DNA from: Tubulanus polymorphus
Lineage: Eukaryota > Animalia > Nemertea
Assembly (NCBI RefSeq): GCF_964204645.1
Contig: NC_134033.1
Location: 1,694,131-1,758,130 of the forward strand
Direction: 5' to 3'
DNA: 64,000 bases
In this document: positions 1 through 13,200 of the stretch, piece after piece
How the letters are laid out: the number at the start of each line of letters is the position of its first letter
Numbering within the stretch: the first letter of the stretch is position 1
The notes under the pieces: model-generated
What the model was told of the DNA's origin: nothing
The model's input: only the letters and a program-made list of their open reading frames with translations
Databases searched by the model: none
Position numbers and translations under genes: made by a program

Positions 1-82
1 GGAAGCGAGTCCGGGAGTGATACCGGACCCCTGGCAAGCGAGGATGCCCAGGGAGGTGATAGATCATCGATCACCTGCTTAC

Positions 83-1869
83 TGTTCCAGAAAGCACTAG
101 TTAAATACTGGTCATATAATCTGCATTCACACTACCACTAGTTTGAATTTATGAATTATGTCGTAACTCTCTTCAACTCACCGAGCTCGATTTCAAACTT
201 ACTTGTAAATAACGAAGGCGATTATGCCAGCTATTATCAATACGGCAATCGGCACGCAGACACCGACCGCAATAGTTGAACCTGTATCTAGACCTCCGGT
301 GTTGGCCGCAGTAGCTCCATCACGTGAGGGATCAGTCGTTATTGTAGATCCCGGGGTCAATGTTGCTGATGTGTTGGCGACAGGAAATACAGACGTGTTT
401 GAAGTTGCTGTTGGGGCAACAACAGTAGTGTTCAAAGTTGCAGTTGGCGCAATAGTGCTGGAAGGTGCAATTGGCCCAGTAGTGTTTGAAGTCGGAATTG
501 GCGCAATAGTGCTGGCAGGTGCAACTGGCCCAGTAGTGTTAGAAGTCGTAATTGGCGCAATAGTGCTGGAAGGTGCAACTGGCCCAGTAGTGTTAGAAGT
601 CGCAATTGGCCCACTGGTGCTGGAAGGTGCAATTGGCGCAATAGTGCTGGAAGGTGCAATTGACCCACTAATGTTAGAAGTCACAATTGGCCCACTAGTG
701 CTGGAAGTTGCAGTTGGCCCACTAGCGCTGGAAGTTGCAATTTGCCCACTTAAGCTAGATGTGACTATTGACCCACTAGTGCTGGAAGGTGCAGTTGACC
801 CACTAGTGCTGGAAGGTGCAATTGACCCACTTTGGTTAGAAGTCACAATTGACCCATTAGTGCTGGAAGGTGCAGTTGGCCCACTAGTGCTGGAAGGTGC
901 AATTGGCCCACTAGTGCTGGAAGGTGCAATTGGCCCAGTAGTGATGGAAGGTGCAATTGGCCCACTAGAGCTGGAAGGTGCAATTGGCCCAGTAGTCATG
1001 GAAGTTGCACTTGCAACAAATGATATTGTCGAAAGCAATACTGAAAAAAAAACGTGATAGGCAATTTAATTAAGGTTTCAGAAAACATGACTCAAGTTCA
1101 ATTAATTTTCAATTATTCAATACATTTACATCTATATAAACATTTCAACATTTGATATCAATCACCAGGGGGAGTGAGAGGCTGGTGATTGACATCAGAC
1201 GTTAAACATGCATCATAGCTAAACTGGTACCATAGTCTGTTTACCAGATGATGTATTGGTTCCCTTGTTTCAGGAACGACAGCTTGAATATCTTATTGAC
1301 TGCTTGGTAATTTACGCTTTGGCAATGCTGGGAATGAAATCCAATCCTTAATGGCTTAAGGGAACCAGAAATTCTGTTTGTTATAACCGATAGTTCTATA
1401 TACAGCGGAACCTCGTTACAACGAACTTCAGGAGACCAGAAAATCTGTTCGCTATAACCGATAGTTCTATATACAGCGGAACCTCGTTACAACGAATTTC
1501 AGGAGACCAGAAAATCTGTTCGTTATAACCGATAGTTCTATATACAGCGGAACTTAGTTACAATGAACTTCAGGAGACCAGAAAATCCGTTCGTTATAAC
1601 CGATAGTTCTATATACAGCGGAACTTAGTTACAATGAACTTCAGGAGACCAGAAAATCCGTCCGTTATAACTAATAGTTCTATATACAGCGGAACCTCGT
1701 TACAACAAACTTCAGGAGACCAGAAAATCTGTTCTTGGGATGAAATTCTAAGTTTGTTATAACGAGATTCCACTGTATGAGAGGTTTAAAACTCGGGCAG
1801 TCTGAAACATTGATCCAGGCATTGTGACTTACCTAAAATAAAGCACAAGAATATTCTTGCAGGCATCAT
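83..1869 (-). CDS. Type-I membrane mucin-like protein (5' part; continues beyond window start)
   Basis: Exons 1833-1869, 203-1040 and probably 83-120, all GT-AG and phase-compatible. Gives signal peptide MMPARIFLCFILVLLSTISFVASA, a Ser/Thr/Pro-rich 9-aa repeat (TSGPIAPSS, 27 bp), TM helix IAVGVCVPIAVLIIAGIIAFVIY and the start of a cytoplasmic tail (KLYDQYLTSAFWN). Confidence 0.8.
1357..1778. repeat. 71-bp tandem repeat made from the left end of a Tc1/mariner-type MITE
   Basis: About 5 copies of TA-CAGCGGAACCTCGTTACAAC... at 1401, 1472 etc. The matching inverted end AACGAGATTCCACTG-TA lies at ~1761-1777. Confidence 0.75.
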
Positions 1870-2228
1870 TTTGATTATCAAAATTCCGGATGAAAACAAA
1901 TATCCGCAGTTCCCCTTTAGTCTCGGAGTTTGGATTCAAATGGTTTTTTTTTTTCACTAACGTCTGTCGTGTTGTTCGACCCAAACATTGTCGTCGCTCG
2001 GCAACTACAATGACAGGTAAGTCCCGTCGAGATAAGCGTGGATACTTACCTTCATTTCAACGAGTTTCTTATCAGTTTAAATAAACCAGTGTTCAAGTGT
2101 TCGACATACTTTTTCATATAAAATACATATATCATCAACTTTTCGTTGATTCTCAATCGACATTCCTTTAAAAAGGACGATTTCGTTTTTGTAAAACAAA
2201 TACCGGCTATAGTTTCAATACGCTTACA

Positions 2229-2609
2229 TCAGGGACAGAAATCCATTTTCAGGGACTGTTTCTGACAATCAGGGAACAGTAAACCATTTTCAGGGTCTGT
2301 TTCTGACAATCAGGGGACAGTAAACTATTTTCAGGGACTGCTTCTGACAATCAGGGAACATTAAACCATTTTCAGGGTCTGCTTCTGACAATCAGGGGAC
2401 AGTAAACCATTTTCAGGGACTTTTTCTGACAATCAGGGGATAAATAGTAAACCATTTTCAGGGTCTGTTTCTGACAATCAGGGGACAGTAAACCATTTTC
2501 AGGGTCCGTTTCTGACAATCAGGGAACAGTAAACCATTTTCAGGGTCTTTTTCTGACAATCAGGGGACAGTAAACCATTTTCAGGGATTGTTGCTGACAA
2601 TCAGGGGAT
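2229..2609. repeat. ~41-bp minisatellite
   Basis: About 9 copies of AAACCATTTTCAGGGTCTGTTTCTGACAATCAGGGGACAGT. Confidence 0.9.
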
Positions 2610-3864
2610 TGCAACCCTTTTCCTTCGACAGAAACAATTTCCAGAGATGAGAAGCAAAATTTCCACAGAAATATGAAAAAAAAGCCATTTTCTCCTTTTT
2701 TTACAAACATTACATTGATTATTACAATCATTATTTCATTGAGCATAATTTAATAATCGTTTTAAGCAAGTACAAAAAACCCTATTACTCTAATGTAAGT
2801 GAAATATTACGTCATTGATCGGTGATCTCCACCCATTTAGTAAACACGTATTACGTCTGCCCAACAAGGTCAAGGTCAAAAAGGTAATCAACATAGTTTT
2901 ATGATAACAAAATGAGTTATTTCAAGATCGTCACGTCACGTTTTGCGGTACAAATTTTTGTAGAATGACGAAATAAGACCAGGGTTCATCGTGTCCAAGA
3001 CCAATCTCATTCAATGACATTCAAGTACTTTTTTGACTATGATTCCAGGACTTCCAAATCAACATTTTCCCGGCACTCTTATGATCAGCAGATTTTAAGA
3101 GATTTAACTGAACTTGGATCTGCAGTTGATAACTAATGACTGATGCCATTCAAGGACTATGACAACGATCGAAGGATTTTACAGCCCATTTCATGATACT
3201 CAAGGCCTTGAATTGATGAGCCATTCCCATTTCAAAACTTTTCAGGACCTTCAAGGACTGCTATGAACCCTGTAAGACACGACTTTTGAGCGACCTACAA
3301 AAATTTTCAATTTGTTAAGATTCAGAACCGAAATCCGATTAAATTATTCGAAGTAAAACTAACGAAATGATTATAGATTCAACCCGACATTATACTAACA
3401 TGGTTCCAACAGTTATATGAATTCAAAATTCAAAAAAAAGTTTTTCTCAAGTATTTCATGGGTGATTTTTCAATTTTCCCAAATGAAAATGAACAGACAT
3501 CATCATGCTACAGTCAACATTTCAGCGGTGATTGGTTGATAAAGGTGATTTTCGAGGGAAATCGCTGAAGAAAGTTGCTCGGCAAATACAATACGTGAAA
3601 TGTAACGAATTTCCCAAATATTTCCCTGTTTTGAGGAATATTTTTCAAATTCCCAAATATTTCCAAACCGGGAATTATTATTTCAAAATTCCCAAGTTTT
3701 TCCCAATTTCCCTGTTCTGTGGGAACCATGTACTAACGAAATAAGTACAATTTTATACACGCAGTTGAATGCTCGCCTCAGATTTCTCGCGCGACTGTTA
3801 GATTTTCACAAGAAATTTTCCGGGGCAGTCGGAGTACAAGGATTTAGAAACTTTCATCAGCGCG

Positions 3865-4245
3865 TCACACGCTAATCCGAGGTGATCGCTCGCGTCTGTT
3901 ACACATTCTTGAGACCTTCGTAAATGAGAAGGTGGGAATCTTTCGCGAGTTAAGGTTAGGTAGATATTTCAACGACGAATTATCGTCAAACGAAATCTCA
4001 AAAACCTGCGTTGAAAAATCTAAATCCGACTACAGAGCCGACAACCTCTCTGAAACTAGTTCAATTATTATTTTTCAGTAACATTTAATCCAAAAATATG
4101 AAAGAAAATGTTCAATCAGTTATCAAGTGGGGCGAGACCTTCTTAGACATAATCACAATTCACAACAAGGAAATTTTGAAGTATTTTTTCTGCACCCACA
4201 AAAAAAATTGCGGTACAACAATATATATCCCTGATAAAACATGAA

Positions 4246-4286
<41 letters not shown>

Positions 4287-7200
4287 GTAATTATGTTACT
4301 TTTCCTGAACAAAAATGAACAAAAAATCTGATTCCTGATATAAGTTTTAATATGCCACCGATGAAAGTTTCAAGTTATTCCATTTTAGGCCTGTTAGAAA
4401 TTGTCCCAAAATTCAACAGTTAAGTTTCGCTACGTTCATCTAGGGTTTATATATATCCTTGCATACTGGCAGCCAATCACGGTCATCAACTAAACCAGTC
4501 AGCCAATCACAGTCTTTCTCGCGTTTCCTGCTAATCTGTTCAGCGCGGTGCTTCCTAAAAATACCGTACAAATTTTTTGTATTACTTGAAATTCGAAAAC
4601 AGATGGCCACCTTCATAAATCCTCCGATGACATCATCAAATTGCCTACTAGTGATGTGATCTATAAACTATTCTAGAAAAGATGGCCGCCTTCATAAATC
4701 CTCCTATGACATCATCAAATTGCATGCTAGCATTTTGATCTAGACTTCTTTAGAAAAGATGTCTGCCTCCATAAATCCCCCTAGGACATCATCGAATAAT
4801 ATTGCCTCGTGAATTGACCCTTCCAGAACAAAATGTCTGCCTCCGTAATCTACCTATGACATCATCAATTTGCCTGGTACAAGTATCGGTTAGATCTATA
4901 GACCCTTCTAGATAAGATGGCTGCCTACATAAATCCCCTTATGACGTCGTAGAAAATATCAAATCACTTACCCCAGTGAACTGATATGCGGATGGGCCGT
5001 GCGGTGAACCAGGACCTGAAATGATAGATGGAAACATCTTTCAGAAAAAGAAACATGCAAATTACTGATTAACATAAGAGATAATCTATGACTTTTTACT
5101 GAGCCTGAAACCATTATATACAAACTAAGCAAGCATTTCCTATTTGACCACCGAAAAAATTACTACAAGTTCTTGATAACAAAATGATGCCAAATCAATG
5201 AATGTAGGAATAGGCTAATTAGTGAACTTAGAATGTGCAGATTAAAATTGATTAGTTTGTTTTGATCGCAGTCAGGGGTAGAGAGAGAAAGAGAAAGAGA
5301 GAGAACAGCCCGGGCTGTTGGAATCAATCTTCAGATATACTACACAAAACCACAACAGATTGACGGAATAAAAAAATATATCAGATGAACAATACATACA
5401 TTAACTCTACTGGGATTAAGTTAAATGACTGAAAATGCACTGATTTTGACTCCGGAGTCGACTCAAACCATCGACAGTAGCAGACGTAGTTCCACAGTCG
5501 AGTCAACTGTGGAACCGGACTGAATCCTAAACTGCGGAACACTGGGTCCGGAACTGTGGAACTGAGACCAGTTACTGTGAAGCTGGAGTTAGAACTGTGG
5601 AACTGGAGTCAAATCTGTGTAACTGGGTCCAGAACTTGAGGAACTGAATCCAGAACTGTCAGACTGTGGAATCGGGGTCCAAACTGTGGAACTGGTTCCA
5701 GTTACTGTGGAACTGAATCCAGTAACTGTGGAACTGGGTCCAGACAATAACAGTGTAAGATGATGCCACGTTTCGACAAAAAAATAAAATAAAAACAAAA
5801 TTCTGTCGTGAAATTCCACACCACACGTACATGCTCCACTACCATTGTTATATAAATCGGTGATATTGCCATGGTTACGAACAATGATCGGTACCTTCTT
5901 CGCGTAAGGCGTCGGTCAGCGCAGCCGTCAGTCGCGGGTCGCACGATCGCACAACGGTGGCGCCACCTGTGGACGAAGAAGACAACAATTGATGAGCAGC
6001 AGCAGCGGCGTCGAACGATCCTACGGTAGCGCCACCTGCAGGTGTCGAATAAAGCGTGCAACAAACGTTCTCCGGTTGACGCAGGACACAATCGCACGAT
6101 GTTAGACTGGTGCCCGCCTCTCCGGAGATGTCGCAGCCCGGCCGTGTTGGACTGGTCAACTGCGCAAATGACGTCGCCGATTTTTTCGAAACCGTATCCA
6201 AATTTTTTTCACCAATTTCTAATTCGTGTTTCGTTAAGTTCGTCAATATCGGTCGTTGTCTATAGATGGCGCCGGTGTTGGTCTGCTCGTCCACGACCCG
6301 GTTCTCGGACGCCAGCGCGACGGCGGTATCGTTGATACGGTTCACAGGTAGCGCTACGACCCGAGCGAGGTGTCCGCCGAGATGAAACGCGGATTCGGCT
6401 CCCGCGCTCGACGCCGACCCGGCAGACGTGAACAATATCCCGACGAAAAGGAAAACTTTTAGCAAAGAAATAAATAAAGGGGGCGCCGCTGAAAAATAAC
6501 GATCGAGCAAAAATTAAACGCCCTCGAAAATTACAATTGATCTTAAATATATTTTTGTGATAAGTCCACACCCAGCAGTGCTACTGCAGCTAAAAGGGAT
6601 CCACCTGGTGGCGATAAGAGTGCAGTGCATCAACACCGCATTTCTTCATTAAAACCCTCTCCGCGCTAACTAGATAATACCCTAAGAGATAATTTGGAAG
6701 TTTTCAAAAATACCACCCTAGAGAGTGAAATGCACCACTGGAGTGCCTCTACACCACAGTGCGGTGTATTGTCGGTTACTACGTTTCTTCTGTTTAGCAA
6801 GTGCTGCCATCTTTCATTAGAGATGAACGCTAATCACTAATGAAATCAATACACTGCAGTGCGGCGTACTAGCAAATTTCGGCACTGATTAATACACCGT
6901 ACTGAGGTGTAGACCGAGAAGGTTAACTCGATAGAAATCTATTTTTCAAATTCAATTTCGAACTAGCTCCACATTAATTCGTTAATGATTTCGAAATAGC
7001 GAGTACATGATAGGGCCCGATTTCACCTCCCGCGAAAAAAACCGACAAAATCAAATCTTACCGGCTCCTGGACGACCTTGACCGGCGGCTCCTAGACGAC
7101 CTTGAGCGGCTAGCGCTTGAGCCTCGTCGTCGTCGAGGTCGCCGATGCCGATCACCTCCGGCACGTCGATCTCGGCGCTCGGTACGTGTAACTCGGATAT

Positions 7201-10200
7201 TCCCGATTCGTCGGCCATCGTTTTGCCCTGCAACAAATATCGACAAGTTTCACAAATGAGATTCTATTCAACGAGATTCCCGGTTTCTTATCGGCTCGGA
7301 CTGAGTTAAGACCGAGCTTATCTGTAGAGCAACCAAACGATCAGCTTAGTTTGGTCCTAACTTGAGTCTCCATCGTGGAACCAAAATTTGCGATAAGTCC
7401 TATCCTATCTTAGTCTCAACGGTGGAATTGGAACAAAATGAATTTATCCCGGTCTCGTTCGGGCCCCTGCCCCACCGACCTTGGTCTTATCTCAAGTCTT
7501 GGCCCTTGACCGAACAGACCAGGGGCTGGTTCCATAGTCAAGGCTTATGCATAAGACCAGTCTTACACCATCTTAGCTCTATAACCGATTTATCAACTTA
7601 AGACACGTCTTAAGATTTAATACCACTTTTGGAGTTAAGTCCAAAGCGGGTGGTATAACATCTTAAGACTCAGTTGTTAGATTGGTTAAAGAACTAAGTC
7701 CAAAGCTGGCCCTTTGTCTTATCTTAGTCTGGAACTGGAGCAAAATGAGCTTATCTTGTTCCTGATCAGCCTCGCTCCATTCAACTTAAGGTCTTAACTT
7801 AACCCTTTCAGTGTTGACTAATCAATCCTCTATTGTGCTGGAGATAATCTAAAAATTTTGGAAGATTCCTCCCTAGTGTGTTAAATAACGAGAATACCAT
7901 TATAGTGCGTCTACACCGCGGCGCGGTGTATCGTTAGTTACTAATAGTTCACTATGTTTGACAGGTGCTGCCATTTTTCAAGAGAGATAATTACTAATTA
8001 CACCAATACACCGCAGTGCGGTGTACTAGCAAAATCCATCACTGATTTATACACCGCACTGCAATGTAGACGCACTGAAAGGGTTAAGGTCTAAACCGTA
8101 TAACCGGACCCTCCCTGCTCGCTACACAAGATCAGCTTTCATCTTTCGACGCTTTTAATCGTGGCTTAAAATCACAGTTTTACCTCGGTGTAGATTTGCA
8201 TGAATTCATTGACCGCGTTCAACGAGCTGAATTTAATACGGAATTCACGTCTGACCGGTTCGTCTTGAGAGAAATCCATCGCCGACCACTCACACGTACA
8301 TTTCTTTTCATTACTGCAACGAAACACACGAATTAACATTCACAAAATATTTACGGCTCCAAAACTGGGACAGCTTTTATAGACAGATATTACCTTCAAC
8401 AAGGGGGGTAAACTCAATTGAAAATGATTAGAGTTAGCCCCGGGGTAAAAGGTAATACCAGTCTATGAAACAGGGCCCTGGTTACAAGCTCAAAGCTTTG
8501 ATTTAATGCAGGTATCAATCTGGATCCCCTTCAGTTCAGACATTCAGTATTTATCAGACAGATGGACCCTCAGATCTCTGTCAGAAATCAGACATTTTAT
8601 CAGCACAGTTTCAAAAACTGATCATCCACACTTCACATGTGTTCAGAACTTCACCTGAGACATTTCTAATTGAAAAAAAACTAAAAACCTCAGACATTGG
8701 ACATTCTATCTGAATAATTTCCAAAAACTGATAGTCCACACTTCACATGTGTTCAGTACTTCACCTGAAGAGGGTTCTGAATGCTGAAGGGGATTCAGGG
8801 TTCAAGGCTGAAGGGGTTCAGGGCCGAAAGGTATTTAGGTTTTAGGGGCTGTAGAGGGTTCCGGGTTCATAATCTATTCACCTAGTCATGTTGGTTTCGA
8901 TCGTGATCACATGATTACAGATGACCAATCCCTCGTCGTTCGACATCTGTATTCTATAACCGAACACGTCGTCATCGGATACAATATGCAAATTACCCAT
9001 CCCAACCGCCTGTAAATAGAAGAGAATATCTATTAATTATTCATCCAGGGTTGCACTGATATTTGAACTGACATGATCTGCTAACAACAGAAACTCTTTG
9101 ATTTTATGCGCCATCTCAACAAATTTCCCTGATTTTTAAGTTTTTTTTTTTTTTTACGAAATTCCCTGACTTTCTTAAAGAAAAGAAAATTCTTTGACTT
9201 TGACCCTGATTTCCAGGTCAGCGTCCCCCACCCTAATTATTCATTTTGAATTATCGATTATCAATAATTAATCGTTATTTTCAGTTATTCGTTGACGTCT
9301 GCTGAAAAAATTCCGTTACCTTGAACTTCGAGTCTTCCTTGTAATACAACGTCGCTCGCTTTTCGAATAAAATCTCCATTTCATCTTCGTAATCTTCGTC
9401 TTCGTCATAATCTTCATCTCCTCCTTCTTCCTCTTCATCTCCTTCTTCCTCCTCTTCGCCAGCTCCATAATCCTCATCCTTTTTCTCATTCACTTTATCC
9501 TCGATGGTCAGTTTACAAGCTGCACGAATCAACGAATGCGAAAAATAAATATTTTCAGGAATTCAGACGATTATGAAATGATGCGAAAATCCCCCTATGA
9601 CATCACTGATTATCGACTTGATGATGTCATAGGCGTTTAATTGATGCAGCCACCTTTTTATCAAATTGATGTCATAGGGGGATTTATAGAAGCAGACATA
9701 CTTTTAGAGGGGTATTCTAGATCGAATCAGGATTCAGTTGTGGCGGAATATAAGCTATCTCTGTATCATGACTGCATCAATTTGATGATGTCATAGGGGG
9801 ACTTATGGAGCCTCTCTCTGTATCATGACCGCATCAATTTGATGATGTCATAGGAGGATTTATGAAGGCAGCAGCCATCCCTGAATCATTATCACACCAA
9901 ATTGATGAGAATTTACGGAGACAGCCCTTTCTGTATCATTACCGCATCAATTTGATGATGTCATAGTGGGATTTATGGACGCAGCCATGATAACATACCT
10001 GATGTATTATCAGTAATGACTGCACATTTTTCGATGCACTCATCAATGATCTCTTTAAACTCTTTCGCTTGTTCAACTTTCTACAAGGCAATGCGCAAAG
10101 AATATTTTAATAAAAATTTTTTTGATACCCCAAAGACAGCTTGAAAATCGTCATGCACTTTTACATGTCAGCCACTTTCCGCCCATTTACAAATTCCCTG

Positions 10201-13200
10201 ATTTTTTCCATGTGATTACACACAATTCCCCCCTTGAGTGAATCAGAGAAATTACTAGGTTCGAAATGTTACAATTAATTCATTTTTCATTGAATCACTT
10301 ATTGATAAAGATACATTCCCAGAGTTTTCCAAATTTTGGTAAAATTGAAAAATCCACTGATTTTCACTGTTTTTTTTCCTCTTCAATACCTTGAGATTTC
10401 CAGGTTTTCCAGGTCAGTGGCGCCACCCTGTTTTACAGGAGAAACCCTGGTTTTTGGAGGAATTTTTTTGTCAACTTACTTTTACCTAGAATCAGAGCAA
10501 TCAATTTCACCGTTTTTTTTACCTTGAATCAGAGCAAGGTTTAGGTAAAGTTTGCAAAATTCACTGAATTTCACCGTTTTTTTCTGATTCCCTGAGATTC
10601 CCAGGTCAGTGGCGCCACCCAAGTTTACGGGAGATACCATGCGGTTCGGAGGATCTTTTTTTTTGTACCTTGAATCGGAGCGCGAATTGTTGACAGGTTC
10701 GGTCGTCGTTGTCCGAGTAGTCGATGGCGTACCAGCACCACGCCGACTCCGACGACGGCATCGGTTGCAACGCCAAATCTTTAGTGATCATCTGATTGCA
10801 GCAGAGTTTGAATATCTGTTCTCTACGCATCACCATACGATACCGTTCTGCGAGCAGACGCAACATGAGAGAAATAAGATAAATCACGACCAGGGCTCGG
10901 TTTCATAGATGTGGAAGGAAAATAGTCGCTGGGAATATTTCGAAATTTGTCGGTTATAACCATGGTTTCTCATCGTTACTACGGTGGTTGTCGCCGAGAT
11001 TTAGGATTTACACCTAGGGATAACTTTGATACTCAGTCTATGAAACGGGGCCCAGGGGCTGGTTCCATAGTCGAGACTTAAGTTCAAAAGTGGTCTTAAA
11101 TCTTAAGACGGGTCTTAAGCTGTTAGATTGGCTATAGAACTAAGATAGTCTAAGACTGGTGTTAAGTTTCAGCCATGACTATGAAACCGGCCAATAATTC
11201 ACCCCTAGTTCGTTTGTTAAGTTGCGTAGAAGGGCTGTGTTAACCACGGGCTGCAGTTGCTTAAAAGTTGTAAACATAGTGACAATTTAAAGTTCATTGT
11301 TGCATTGGTATTTATCTGCCCGTTATCTTTAACCAACTATCGAGCAACTGACCCCAGGTAACGAGACGAGAAGTATTTTTCAGACTCAGTATTCCTGAAG
11401 ATTTTACCCATGGTTTTCCACTAATGTCAAAACTAAGCCCTCACCTTCAGTGTTGTGTTTTAATACTTTCATTTCACCGATGCCGCGCTCCTTCCATTGT
11501 TTGTTGTCCGCGTCATAACGATACATTTTAACTCGCTGTTTATACAAACATTCCTCGTTTTCTTCTCCTGCAGACGGACAAAATAAAATGAAATTAATTC
11601 AAATTCAACTACTGTAACACCAGGTGTCGCTAGTGTGCAGTAGGACACTGACTACTGCGGTAATAGGGGATTTCACTTGTGGCAAGTGGGAATCCACCAG
11701 GTGTCGCTAGTGTGCAGTAGGATATCAACTACTGAGACAATAGAGGATTCTACTTGTGGCAAGTGAGGATCCACCAGGTGTCGCTAGTGTGCAGTAGGAT
11801 ATCAACTACTGAGACAATAGAGGATTCTACTTGTGGCAAGTGAGGATCCACCAAGTGTCGCTAGTGTGCAGTAGGACATCATTTACTGCGGCAATAGAGG
11901 ATTCCACTAGTGGCAAGTGAGGATCCACCAAGTGTCACTAGTGTGCAGTAGGACATAAACTAATGCAGCAATAGAGGATTTTACTAGTGGCAAGTGAGGA
12001 TCCACCAGGTGTCGCTAGAAGAAATGATGAAATATTTACCGGTAGTGGTTTCAACTAGATCCGGTAGTGGAATTATCGGTTCAAAATGAATGTCGTTTGA
12101 TTGTACGATCTCATCTCCGTCTGCGCTATCACCACCGGCGCCACCTTTCGACGAATCGGCGTTACTACTAGCGCCGAATAACGTCTGGCCGGCGCCCGAC
12201 CACTGGAAACTACCTTTACTACCTAAACATATAAATGAATAAATGATTGAAATTTATGAATACGAGTTTGAAATAAGAAACTGAGTTCAGTAACTGTGGA
12301 ACTGAGTCAAGTTACTGTAAACTGGGCGCAGAACTGTGAAACTGGGCGCAGAACTGTGAAACTGGGTCCAGTAACTGAGGAACTGAGTCCAGTTACTGTA
12401 AACTGGGCGCAGAACTGTGAAACTGGGTCCAGTAACTGAGGAACTGAGTCCAGTTACTGTAAACTGGGCGCAGAACTGTGAAACTGGGTCCAGTAACTGA
12501 GAAACTGAGTCCAGTTACTGTAAACTGGGCGAAGAACTGTGAAGCTGGGTCCAGTAACTGAGGAACTGAGTCCAGTTACTGTAAACTGGGCGCAGAACTG
12601 TGAAACTGGGTTCAGTAACTGTGGAATTGAGTCCAGTTACTGTAAACTGGGCACAGAACTGTGAAACTGGGTCCAGTAACTGAGAAACTGAGTCCAGTTA
12701 CTGTAAACTGGGCGCAGAACTGTGAAGCTGGGTCCAGTAACTGAGGAACTGAGTCCAGTTACTGTAAACTGGGCGCAGAACTGTGAAACTGGGTCCAGTA
12801 ACTGTGGAATTGAGTCCAGTAACTGTAAAACTGGGTCCTAAACTGCGGACTGGGTGCAGAACTGAGGAACTGCGAGCGGAACTGCAGAACTGTGGAACTA
12901 GATACAGAGCTGTGGAATTGGATCCGACCTAAACTGTGGAACTGGAAACTGTTGCACCAGGTCAACTTCCTGTAGAACTGGATCCACGAAACTCAATTTT
13001 GAGAATTTTTTTCACACTTACCGGCAGACGATCCGAATCCAAAACCAGAATTAGGAGATTTCGACGCGATTTCCGCGAACGAAAACCCAGAACCGCCACC
13101 GAACACCGGACCCGGTTTCTCTGAGGGTTCGTCTTTATTGTTAGTTTCTCGCGCTGTCGTCGTCGTCGTGGATCCGGCAGCAGCAGCAGCAGACGCAGCG

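Noticed and set aside
224-1057. 277-aa plus-strand ORF
   Set aside because: Antisense shadow of the mucin repeat exon; splice signals support the minus strand.
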